From: a virus
Lineage: Duplodnaviria; Caudoviricetes
Strand: one strand, 5' to 3'
IMG/VR virus record: IMGVR_UViG_3300020045_004922
Coordinates: 1 to 63,067 of that record
Length of the DNA: 63,067 nt
The translations under genes and the position numbers were made by a program. Positions 27,850 through 38,943 of the stretch are shown here, piece by piece. The notes under the pieces were generated by a model. That model was not told the DNA's origin and searched no databases. It saw nothing but the letters and a program-made list of their open reading frames with translations. Positions within the stretch are counted from its first letter, which is position 1; each line of letters opens with the position of its first letter.

Positions 27850-28038
27850 ATGAAAACAATTAAAATCGACTTAGTAACTATCATTTGATTTACTCTTATT
27901 ATTTTGGGTGTAGTATTAATGTTCGCTGGATTTGGATTAAAAGTATTAAACATGTGTACGCTTGATACTCAAATGTACTGTGTTGAATTTGGAATACTAT
28001 CTATGATATTATCAATGTTTCCATTACTTAAGGACTAA
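27850..28038 (+). pseudogene. Small two-TM membrane protein interrupted by in-frame TGA
   Basis: MKTIKIDLVTII*FTLIILGVVLMFAGFGLKV...ILSMILSMFPLLKD; TGA at 27886-27888. Confidence 0.5.
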
Positions 28039-28069
28039 GCAATAACCCCAAAATTTAAAATATACGACA

Positions 28070-28360
28070 ATGAAAACAAACATCTTTCCACCTTGCAAGT
28101 ATTATATACATGATACTATGAACCCCCAATTAAGCTACGAAACTAATTCTCAGCCTTTATTATGTCAGTTAGAAACATATCAGCCAACTGAGACAAAAGA
28201 CGTGTTTAAAAAGGTACAAACAAAATTTTGCTACATTGATACACGCTATGAAGCTAAATTGCGCCTATTCTATTATTTGCACCCCGAACGCAAGCCAACT
28301 GGGCTGAGCGTATACGAAGGCACGGAAATAGGAAAAAGTTTGCCGATATTAAATTATTAA
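28070..28360 (+). CDS. Early hypothetical protein
   Basis: 96 aa, MKT start after an A-rich leader. Confidence 0.55.
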   Translation: MKTNIFPPCKYYIHDTMNPQLSYETNSQPLLCQLETYQPTETKDVFKKVQTKFCYIDTRYEAKLRLFYYLHPERKPTGLSVYEGTEIGKSLPILNY

Positions 28361-28836
28361 AAACAATATTATGAAAACAGACAAAGAAATGATTTTAGAA
28401 ATGTTTGCAAAAGGTGTAGACATGTTTATTAGCAATAGAAGCGGTAAAATAGTAACCACCACACACAAACGTTACGAACTCGAATTTGAAAATATATTAG
28501 ACGCATATTTGTTTCATTGTAAGCCACTTACAGAAACTATTTGTTAAACTTTCACCCAACCACATTCTTTTAACACTAAATGTTTTGTTCGTGTTGCATA
28601 AACATATATCTTTGCATCGTAATCAAAACAAAACATTTTTCAATCACTTCTAAAGCCCCATAACATTATGACAACTTCAAACAACACTCAAAAACTTTTC
28701 ACAACTGGACAACTTATCGGCGTTATCGCTTTTACTTTAGTAGTCATTACTGTAGGCTACATGCTTTTTTCTGGTGACTTTAGTAGTTTCAATTCTGTAG
28801 GACTAGGTAAATAACTAACTTCTAAAATTAAGTATT

Positions 28837-29106
28837 ATGAAAGCAAAAATCTTTATCAGCGGTCAAATTATGGGAAATAGAACTTTGTTAAATGCTATTT
28901 CTTGTTATGACGTTAAAAACGGTATGTTTAATTCTTTTCATTGCTATTTCGATAGTATTGGCGAGGCAAAAAAGGCGATAAAAGACGCAAACAAAAGCAT
29001 TAAATCTGATTTGGATGCAGACCAAAGGCATTGCTTATCTATGGCAAAAGACGCTTCATATCTTAGTTGGGACGCAAGCACGGCACAAGTAATGAAGTGC
29101 GAATAG
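28837..29106 (+). CDS. Early hypothetical protein
   Basis: 89 aa. Confidence 0.6.
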   Translation: MKAKIFISGQIMGNRTLLNAISCYDVKNGMFNSFHCYFDSIGEAKKAIKDANKSIKSDLDADQRHCLSMAKDASYLSWDASTAQVMKCE

Positions 29107-29154
29107 ATACCCTCACTCTCAGCCCTGAACCGCTATGAGTGGACAAAATAAAAT

Positions 29155-29167
29155 AGTTCTTTGACAT
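29155..29167 (+). promoter_or_regulatory. boxA-like antitermination element
   Basis: AGTTCTTTGACAT resembles boxA (GCTCTTTAACA), just upstream of the hairpin array. Confidence 0.45.
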
Positions 29168-29201
29168 GATGAATTTTTAGGCTGAGAATGGAATCAGCTA
29201 T

Positions 29202-29395
29202 AAAAACATAGTCTTGCCCACTTTTGTGAAATGCGATAACAGGGCAAAAAAACATAGGCTAATAACCTCCAGTGAAATGCTGCAAAGAACTAAAAACATA
29301 GTATAGTTACTTCGGTGCAATGCCGTAATAAACTACCCCGAAAACATAGGCTTACCGCTTCAGTGCGTCCGAAATGGCAATGCTGTAATAGGTTC
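29202..29395 (+). repeat. Array of four ~46-nt structured repeat units (candidate ncRNA)
   Basis: AAAACATAG units at 29202, 29248, 29292 and 29340, each followed by C-T-Y-Y-N-GT-GMAAT-GC-NN-YAA. Confidence 0.75.
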
Positions 29396-29403
29396 AATTA
29401 TAA

Positions 29404-29433
29404 CCCCGCAAAGTTTGAATGTATTTTGCGGGG
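29404..29433 (+). other. GC-rich hairpin closing the array
   Basis: CCCCGCAAA-N12-TTTGCGGGG, with no following U-tract on +. Confidence 0.55.
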
Positions 29434-31760
29434 AACTAAAACTAACTTTTAAAAACATAACATTATGACACGTACAACATTAACAATTACAGTAGAACAC
29501 TACGAAGAATCAGAATTTTCAGAAGCTATTATGAATGTAGTTAATCATGTAAACAAAGGCTTCACATCTGGAGCATACGAAGGCATAAACGATTTGACAG
29601 TAGAATTTGAAACTGCAGTTACAGAAGCGTAAAGAAAACAAGCTTGCAATTAATAGACTGATTGCAAGTAACAAGGCATGAGCCGAAAACTAATAAAATC
29701 AATAATATTATGAAAACAAATTTAATAGGTAAAAAAGTGCGTATTATTTCAGACAACGAGAATTACAGTGATTTTGTTGGTAAAACATTAATTTGTACTT
29801 TTGCCTCTAATAGCGGAAACGGCTATGATAGCTGTATGTATCCTGAAATGCTTTGCGATTTTAAAACCATTGACGGGAACGAATTTCCTTTTTCTTTGTA
29901 CGAATACGAATTTGAAGTAATTAAATAACCAACTAAACACAAGCCGTTAAGAGCGGTAAAAGATTATGAAAGCAAAAACTATTTATTTCAATATGAAAAC
30001 TAATTTTGGAGTCGAAACAGTTGATCAGTGTATAAGTTCCGAACATGAAAATAATAAGGCTTACAGGGCTGAAATTAAAGGCATGTTGTCAAATTATCAT
30101 TTAGCTGGAATGAATGTGTATTTAAGCTTACGTTGTACGAACGATTGGAAAAATAATTAACATTATGAACGATCCATTTAGAATTATAGAAGTGCACATT
30201 TCAACCATTAAAGCAGGTGATACAATAGTTTCTAACGGGAAACATTCGACCGTATGTAAAAACAATATTAAAAAAGCTGACTTTCTGCCGATGTCAATTT
30301 TTGGTGATAGCTTTAGAAGTGGCACTATTTTGGTTGAAAAAGTATTATTTACACGCTGGAGAAACCTAAACGAATTAACATACGAATAAAAATTGAATTA
30401 TGAAAGCAAAAACAGAAAACAAACAGATTGCCAGCTTAGTATCGAATCAGCTATTTACTGATAAAACAGTCCAACGGGGAAGAGCCGTTAATATATTTGA
30501 TTTATTCACAGATAAGGAAAAGGAAGCGAACGAAAGACGTAAAAAAGAAATTCAGTTAATGAGAAAAACTTGTGATTATATTTTTTGCGCACATAGAGAA
30601 AAGCAAAGTAATGCAGACATTGAAAAGCAATTAAAAGCATTAGACTTACCATTGTCTGTACATATGGCCGTATTTGGCAGGTTTTCCGAAATATGTAAGT
30701 ACGGAAGAATATTGACCGAAAGAGAAAGAAAAATATATAACATATAACCAACAACGAAGCTAAGCGAATAAAAGGCGCAAAGAATATGAAAACAAAAGAA
30801 GGAATTATAAAATTAACTGAGTCAGAAATTAAAGAGCTGACAAAAGCCAGAATAAGTTTATTGACAAATAGAAACGAATCGTTTACAGAACATAGCGCAA
30901 ACGAAGCTAAATTTGTTCGTGTTGGCGCAAAATACGGCGTTTCTAATCAAGTTATTTGGGATATTATCGGAAAAAGTTTTAAACTTAAAAAGTAAACACC
31001 ATGGAAACTAAAATATTAAATCCGTTTTCTTTAATGCTTAAAAAGCAACCGTTTCAAACAATGCATTCCGAACCAATATATAAAGACGGTGATTTTGTTG
31101 TGTATAATCCGTTTGATAAATATTTTGTACATTGCTATAAAAACATAGTAATAACAGAACGATGCGCATTGAACAAATCTATTATAACCAACGTAAAAAA
31201 TCAAACTCCACCCTCTGACAGTGTAGAACGATTCCATTGTTATGATAGATGTATAGAGGCTCTTAATTTGGGCTTAGAATGGTCTAAAAACAACGGCTTT
31301 GAAGTAAAGTAAATTAGTCTCAAACTTCGCAAACTAATGCGACAAAAACATATAATATTATGCCCCAACTATCCAACAATCCGAACGATTAAACGAGACA
31401 GTAAAAGAACTTTTTGAACCCTTCAGGTTGTTTTTAGAAAAGACAACTAAATACTTGTACAAGCAAAACAAATCCTCAACCCCACTTGAACGACTAGCCT
31501 TTGCCTGTTGTGTTTATGTTGGAATATGGGAAGTAATTTTTAAAATTGTGTGATTATTAAAACAGCAAATTTATTTCAGGTAGAAGATACTGCAAGAGAA
31601 ACTACAACAATATTTCAATCTACAAATTCAAGCGTGAAAGATGTTTTGATGGCGAATATGATTATTGATTACTATAATCAGGAAAATGAAGCATTCTTAA
31701 ATGAAACTGTTTTAAATTATTTGGCATATTCATAGTCGAACCAAAGAAAATTACTATATT

Positions 31761-31967
31761 ATGAAAACAAAAATAATATCCATATCACCGGATCAAAATG
31801 TAATAGAACACGAAAGCGGATTAAAGACGGGTTTTGTGGAGTACGGAGGTTGTGAAAGTTGTATATATTGCACCTTTCTTTTAAAAGTATGTAAAAGTAA
31901 ACCGTGTTGTCAATTCGAAAGGCGTGATGATTTGTACGGTCACTTCACAAAACTATCCGAACAATGA
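31761..31967 (+). CDS. Small Cys-rich protein (paralog of 51036..51245)
   Basis: DQN.I.H..G...CxxC.Y...C...C...R.D...G.F. Confidence 0.6.
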   Translation: MKTKIISISPDQNVIEHESGLKTGFVEYGGCESCIYCTFLLKVCKSKPCCQFERRDDLYGHFTKLSEQ

Positions 31968-32317
31968 AAGCCCTACTTATAATCCTCATCCTAACCCTAT
32001 CTTCTTGCACCTACAACCCTTTTATCCCTCAACTTATACAAACTACCACTCCGACAAAAATAACGGCTTATTCGGCTTCTATTGGTAAACAAAATTTGGT
32101 AGTAGGTTATTTGGACGAAGCTGGAATAGTTTTTGCTGAACACCCAAACCCTGACTTGAACGACTACAAGGTTATTGGTTCTGGTAGTAGTGGAGATTTT
32201 ACAGCAGACTTATGCAACTTAAAAGCGGTAACTATATATTATGCACGATCTTATATAACTGGAAAATATGCGACAATTTACGGAAATACAGTAACTTTTA
32301 AAACATTAGAAGAATGA
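31964..32317 (+). CDS. Lipoprotein with FN3-like domain
   Basis: Signal MKALLIILILTLSS|C; FTADLCNL...TIYYARSY......IYGNTVTFKT. Confidence 0.7.
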   Translation: MKALLIILILTLSSCTYNPFIPQLIQTTTPTKITAYSASIGKQNLVVGYLDEAGIVFAEHPNPDLNDYKVIGSGSSGDFTADLCNLKAVTIYYARSYITGKYATIYGNTVTFKTLEE

Positions 32318-32804
32318 AAGTAACAGCTACCCATATGGGGAATAACTACACCTTCCCTTCATGCTCTTCGCTTATTAGATGGGCGAACGATTGCAATTTA
32401 TTTATAACGAATGGAATATCTAAGGATATTAATCAGTGCACATCGAAACTAGTGTTCATTCAAAATGACTCTAGCAGATTAGAAATAACTAAATCTATTT
32501 AACCACCATGAACCCAACCGAACAACACTCAACCATTTTCTCACTCGAACGACTAATCTACTTTTTATGTCCGGCGAGTGTAGTAGTAACAATTTGGATA
32601 ATAATGATATGACAACAGAACAAATTAAACAAAAACTTAGCGTAATAATTTCTTCAGAATCTACTGGAAACGAAAAGCTTGAAAATATACTAGAGCTAAT
32701 TACTTTCGAACATCATTTAGATATGCAATACTATATGGAATATTGTTTTAGAAATGGGTATGTAAGCCCTATGACGTGGATTAGAGAAAACAAACATTTT
32801 TAAT

Positions 32805-33083
32805 ATGACAACACCGAGCCAAATTTTAGCAGCCGTTTCGATAGCAACTGAAATACCAATACAGGATATTGAAGGCCGCTGCAGAAAAGACTCTATTTGT
32901 GAAGCACGACACTTGTATACATATTTTTTGAGGCGTAGCGGGCTTACTTATCATCAAATATCAGCTATTGTAAAAAGAGACCATTCATCATGTCATCATT
33001 CTTTTACTGTGATTGACGAGTTTAGGACATGGGGAGACGAACGAATTTTAGATTTAACTTGGAAAATAAGAAAAATGTTGTAG
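32805..33083 (+). CDS. DnaA domain IV-like HTH protein
   Basis: ILAAVS...DIEGRCRKDSICEARHL..Y.LR..GLTY..I...VKRDHSS..H matches the DnaA C-terminal signature. Confidence 0.75.
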   Translation: MTTPSQILAAVSIATEIPIQDIEGRCRKDSICEARHLYTYFLRRSGLTYHQISAIVKRDHSSCHHSFTVIDEFRTWGDERILDLTWKIRKML

Positions 33084-36000
33084 TTATGAAAGAAATACAA
33101 ATTGATTTAGTTAAAGATATGACTTTGATTCATAGTTATAAATCTTACATTATTCCGTGCATTGGCGACATAATAATGATAAACCAATATTCATTATTCG
33201 AAGCCACAGGCAGGCTAATTGGAGCTGAACGAGCCGATAAAATAGTTGTAATTGTAAAATAATAAAGAAGTTATGAGCAAATCAACAATTGGAAACAGGC
33301 TTAAAGCGCGAATTGATATGTGCTTGCAATGGACTAATGGCCATCGAGTTATACACAAGTCTGATTTAGATGTGTTATTAACTAAACAGCGCACCGAACT
33401 GTTCGAGTTTTTGAATGGATTGCCTAGATATATTAACGACGACTTATCAGGAGATAAAAATATGGCTCAATGGGAAATGAAAGATTTTATTATTGAAGAA
33501 CTTAAAAAACAATTTGGTTATGAAAAAGAATAGATTAGGAATAACGGGAGGAGAGTGGATAGTCGATTATGGCTGTACTCGTGGTCATATAAAAGCCGTA
33601 TTTGAAAATATAAACTCATACACTCCAACTGTAGCCGTATATAATTGGCGGTCTAAGCTAAGAGGCACAAATGCTACAGATGAAGAGTCGTGCAACGCTA
33701 AATTAATAGCCAATGCTGGAACTACAGCGAACAAGTGCGGATTACTGTCTAGTGAGTTGTTGGAGCAAAGGGATGAGTTGCTTGAACGACTTAATGAACT
33801 TTGGAGTCATGTTACTTTAAATAATTATGGCGCAAATAAAGGCAATTACGATGCTAAATCTCTTTTTGGTAAAGTAGCGAGAACCATCAATCAAATCGAA
33901 CAACAAACTAAAACGAACGAATAATGAAAATAGTAAAAATGAGCGAAAGGCATCCTAATTGGTATGTCAATGTGTTTGTAAAGTATACCCTGCATTATCA
34001 AGATTTTTGGACTAGAGGATATTTTAACAATGGGATATGGACGGTAATGTTGTGGAGTGGGCAAGTAACTTGTCCAATTGAGTATATTAATGAGTGGATG
34101 GAAATACCCAACATAAATGCATAAATAAACCAATTCCCATGACCCGCACCCTCACCCTCCCATACCTCGGAGTAACTTACAAAATTAAGCTCCGAACGAA
34201 CCAATGACTAAATCGAACGACTTTAACCGACTGCTATCTTTGTACTCGAACGATAGGTCTCAGCTTTACCAAGTAATGACCCGAATGACAAAAGTTGAGA
34301 TACTACGCTTCGTTGAATGGGGGCAAGACAGGGTTGATATTAGAGAAATAATTAAAATTTTACAGAAATGAACATAAAAGAAATTGGCTTAATCGCAAAT
34401 CACCCAAACATAAGCGATGAATTAAAAAGGACCTATATCATTTCACTTCTGGCATCAGACAAACAAGTTATACCTGACATACTTGAAATTTTAGCATCTG
34501 AGCGAAAAAATAGCGAGGAGTTAATATTAGATCAAAATTTCGAGCTAAGTAGATCCTTGATTGTTTTGCAAAGTAAACATCTAAAGTGGAGCAAAAACAT
34601 TGTCGCAGAACCAAGCTGGGTTTCTGGTGAAATAGTTAAGCACTATAAAAAGTGGAAAGATAGAATTAAGTGTAACTTTAAAATTAAAGGATTAGAATAA
34701 ACTAACCAACGCTCGTCCATTGCTTAATTGGAGTGGTCAAAAGAAAATGAAAAAGAAAATAATAATTGCTACAATTTTTTCTATTGCGCTTATTTTTATG
34801 GCAATATACATTAATGAGTTTAATTCGTATTTGTATGCTTTTATTGGGATGGCAGCTATGTGGGCTGTTACTTACTCAGAAAGTTTGCGAAATAGAGCGC
34901 TATTAAGATTGGAAGAAGTAACAGAATTGTACAGCACAGAAGTTGAGTGCAATATAAAGCAGAGAAATAAAATAGATTACCTTGATGCGGAATTAGACGA
35001 AAAATAAAAGAAATATCGGAACTTCGCCAAAAATACTCCCAGACTAATCAGCCTAGGAGTAGAGGTAAGTTTGCTGAGGAGGACTACGCGCCAGTCTTGC
35101 CCCTATCTTTAAAGCAAATTTGTGAAAATAATTTATGATTAGAGATAGAATCTGATATGGAAGAAAATGGCACTGCTAAATTATGTGGGTACTCTACTGA
35201 TAAAGGCTTTTTAATATTTGGACTTGAACCTGGCTGCGGATGGGAAGAACCAACTATAGACGATACAATTATTGTAAAATATAAATCATACGAATACGGG
35301 AATCTATGACCGAACAAGGACGATCACCCCAAAAGAAACTTAATGATTTTAAATTATCGTTAAAGTTTATAGCAATTATAGTGATACTTAGTTTAATTTT
35401 TAGTATATTTGCGGCATGAAAAAGAAAATACAAGATAAAATTCCAGAAGTTGGTAAAACTTACAACTGTTTTGACGATGGGAAGATAAGTTATTCTAGAC
35501 TGTATACCGTAGATGTGGTTGCCGTAACTCCATTCGATGAATGTAGTCAGTCAGACAAAGACGAATGGAAAGAAAAAGCAAGCGAATGCAATTGGCTATT
35601 CTCTCCAAATGCTGATTTTCTTGTCTTCACAGAAAACGGAGAAGACGGGAGTGCAATTTTTGCTCGAACGGTGGATGGTGGATGGTTTTCTTTAGGTTGG
35701 TTTATGAACAGCGGAAGGCTTGATATAAATGGAGAACTTACCAAGTGGCTTGAAGAAACGTATCCCAATACAAAAACAGCGTATTTATGAAAACAAAACA
35801 CTTTTTAATTACTACCGAGGATGGAAATCCTGTGGCTGTTGTGAATTGCGACTCAATCTCGGAGCTTGTACGGAAATCTTATAAATGCGTAAGAGAACAA
35901 TTAGATGACCCGTGCATAGGTTCTGTAATTAGCTATACATGGAATGATCTGATAATTACAGAAGGATATATATGTGTATTGAGGTCTATAAATAATGGGA

Positions 36001-37677
36001 TAATTTTATGTCAACGAATCGAAATCTACTAATATGATACTACTCCTTCAAAAATACAAATCAAAACTCCTAAACCATTTGCTTTGGGAGACAGAGAACG
36101 AAGAGTTATTAGAGCCTCGTGAGCTAATGTTATTTAAGCTGCATTTATCAACACTGAAAGAAATTATTAAATATTTGGAAGATGAACTTGACAAACGATA
36201 AATCAGATATGACATTCTCTAGTCGTACAGACATAGAAATGATTGAACAGCAAAAGCAAGAGTTTAAACTGCTTGGCACTTATCTTAGGACTAATGGAAT
36301 GAATTTGTATTGCTATAATCCACACAAAGATTCTATCGAGCTGGTAGAATTTAAAAAGTCAAAGAATTGCATCTTAGTAATAAAAGATAAAGATTGGAGT
36401 ATTGAAGATTACGATAAGCCATTTATTCAAGTAGACCCAACATGGGATTATTTTGAGAAGTCTAATATGAAAAACGCAATGTTACATGTTGAAAAATTCA
36501 AACAAGGTAAAATAAACTATATCTGGAATTTAAAACTTACAAATGATCCTAAAAAGATGAATTTATGAAATACAAAATAGGACAAAAAGTACAGACTAAG
36601 CGTGATTTGATAAGAGGTGAAATAATGGCGGCTTTTGAGCAAGAAGACACTAAGTATTGGGTTCAATATAACAACGTAGTAAAGACGCATTTAGAATCCG
36701 AACTAGAGCTTACACCAGAGGCAATACTGTGCTCATTCGTTCTCCGCGCTTGGGCTTTCATAAAATCTGATTGGCCTATTTCGGCTATCATTTTTGGATT
36801 AGGATTTTTGGGAGGGTTGCTGTTATGACATCTGCCATCAACCCGCTAAAAGACATCTTATGTCAAATCGAGAAAGAGTGTATGAGACAATATCAAATAC
36901 CAGACGTGTATATACTTAAAAACTCATTTAACTACGCATTTTCGGACACTGAATTTGACACTGTAGAAAAAGTAACCGCCGAACTCAGAAAAAGATTTCC
37001 GAATGATCCAATTTTTAATATTATACTTATATGACTTCAACACTTATCGAAAACCTAGTCGAACGAGTATCACAAAACAGAACAGTCTTACCCCATATTC
37101 TCTTCGAGGAAATAGCCAATACCCTAAATGAACGATTCCATAATTATCACGTAGTCGATTCGCTAGACGAAATTGACTGGGCTTTCTGCTCTGAACATTT
37201 TATGTACGAAAGTTTTAGAGAGAGGGTTACGGTGGAAGAGAAGCCTGATAGAATTAATATAGCTAGCACCTACGGGAATGGAATAATAGAGAACTTTAGT
37301 ATCGACTCCTCAAATTACAATATGTCATTATTATTAGGGGTTGTAAAATTTATTAAAAACTTACTAAAATAAAACAATAACATTATGATGCATCCAATGA
37401 GTAAAAACAAGATCCTAAATATGATTAAAATATTTAGCGAATATGATTTTTCAAACGGGTATAATTCCCGTGATTCATTTGCCCTACTTAAACAATATGT
37501 CCCTATCAAAGCCCTAGTTGATTTCGGGATCGTTACTGAAACTGTCGTTGGGTTTGAGATAAAACACAACTTTAATGAAAAGTGCTTAGAGAATACAATG
37601 GATATAGTTAATTCAATAAGACTAAAAATAGAAGAGAAGAATAAAAAAGAATTGTAAAATATTTAAAACAAGATAAC

Positions 37678-38943
37678 ATGAACGAAAAAGATTTAGTATT
37701 AGAAAAAGCGTATTGGATAGGCAAGTCCAAAGAATACAGGGGGATTTACAAAGGAAGTTTTGGATATGCGCATTATTTTCAGGTTCCGTTTAGCCCTCTT
37801 GAAGCTTTTACCAGAGACGCCAATGGATATGTAGAATTTCCTTTGCGAGGAGTATTTGAAATCGAGAAGTGGAGGTTCACCACTCCTATCGCAATGAAAT
37901 GCACCGAGGAGCAATTTAAAGGCATTAAAGATAGGTTGGTTGAGATGGGGTATAAGCCTGAATGTATGACTTTTATGTCAGAGAATAGATATTTGTGTAC
38001 AGTTGGGGATTGCTCAAATAACCATATGACAGATTACAATAAACATGCAATCGAAACTTCTCCAATACATAGAACGGTCTTCGAAACCTTTAACCCAAAC
38101 CTTTTCCTAGCTCTTGCAGCAATGACAGACAAAGAAGATGGTATTAAAGGGGAGTGGTGGAAGTGTGTCGATGCAGGTATTTCTGACTTCTCTAATGGCT
38201 TGATATATTGCCAGCAGAAACAGAATGTTCTTATGAGCGAATGTTTTATAAATGGGAATGGTGATTTAGATGGATTCAGTGTGAATAATAAAAAGAGATT
38301 TCGCAAAGCAACAGCGCAAGAAATTATTGAGCATTTTGAGAAGAAAGCTAATACCGGAAGTTTAGAATTTACGGTAAAAGTTGATATTAATGCAGAAAAA
38401 GTAGCGGAAGATATATTTAGGAAGTTTAAGGAGATGAATGGGTACGACAAAGATGAATTCGTGCTTCAATCAGGATGGTTTATTGAATTGACGAACGAAA
38501 ACTATGATATTGTTAGAAGGTGGCACGAAAAAATTGATAGATGTCTAGGTAGATGTTATATTATTGGTTCGTATTATGGCGTTTACGAAGACGGGTCTGG
38601 AGCCTGCTGGGTAGATAAAAGTTTAGCCAAAAGATACCAAATAATAAATACTGACCAATTCAAAAAGTACGTTTTAAAAGAGACCGAAACAACCACCATC
38701 CTAATCCCATCCGGCAAACATGCCGAACTTTTTGACGACCGAGTTGAAATTACGGATTGGAAGCCAAAAGAAGGGGACGATATATATCACATATCTCTTA
38801 AATGTTCTGGCGAGCTCGTATATACCGGGTCTAAATATAGATACTACGATTGGCAGATTGAGGCGCTTAATAGAGGCTTCATTCTTCGCACCGAATCAGA
38901 AGCTAAACTCCTTGTCGAAAAATTAAAATCAGCTATGCTATGA
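37678..38943 (+). CDS. Mosaic multi-domain hypothetical protein
   Basis: 421 aa built from several short phage-type modules. Confidence 0.7.
   Translation: MNEKDLVLEKAYWIGKSKEYRGIYKGSFGYAHYFQVPFSPLEAFTRDANGYVEFPLRGVFEIEKWRFTTPIAMKCTEEQFKGIKDRLVEMGYKPECMTFMSENRYLCTVGDCSNNHMTDYNKHAIETSPIHRTVFETFNPNLFLALAAMTDKEDGIKGEWWKCVDAGISDFSNGLIYCQQKQNVLMSECFINGNGDLDGFSVNNKKRFRKATAQEIIEHFEKKANTGSLEFTVKVDINAEKVAEDIFRKFKEMNGYDKDEFVLQSGWFIELTNENYDIVRRWHEKIDRCLGRCYIIGSYYGVYEDGSGACWVDKSLAKRYQIINTDQFKKYVLKETETTTILIPSGKHAELFDDRVEITDWKPKEGDDIYHISLKCSGELVYTGSKYRYYDWQIEALNRGFILRTESEAKLLVEKLKSAML

Larger units (their letters stand above)
27524..28614 (+). promoter_or_regulatory. Cluster of rightward early promoters
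   Basis: TAnnTTTG(CA) at 27524, 27588, 27802 and 28607; further copies at 35404, 39488, 46494 and 52505. Confidence 0.65.

Noticed and set aside
29202-29395. CRISPR array interpretation of the repeat block
   Set aside because: The constant part is only 9-10 nt, the intervening sequences are similar to one another, and no cas genes are present.
27850-35309. TGA recoding (Gly or Trp) suggested by two in-frame TGAs
   Set aside because: All long genes are intact in the standard code, and TGA is used as a normal stop in many ATGA overlaps.
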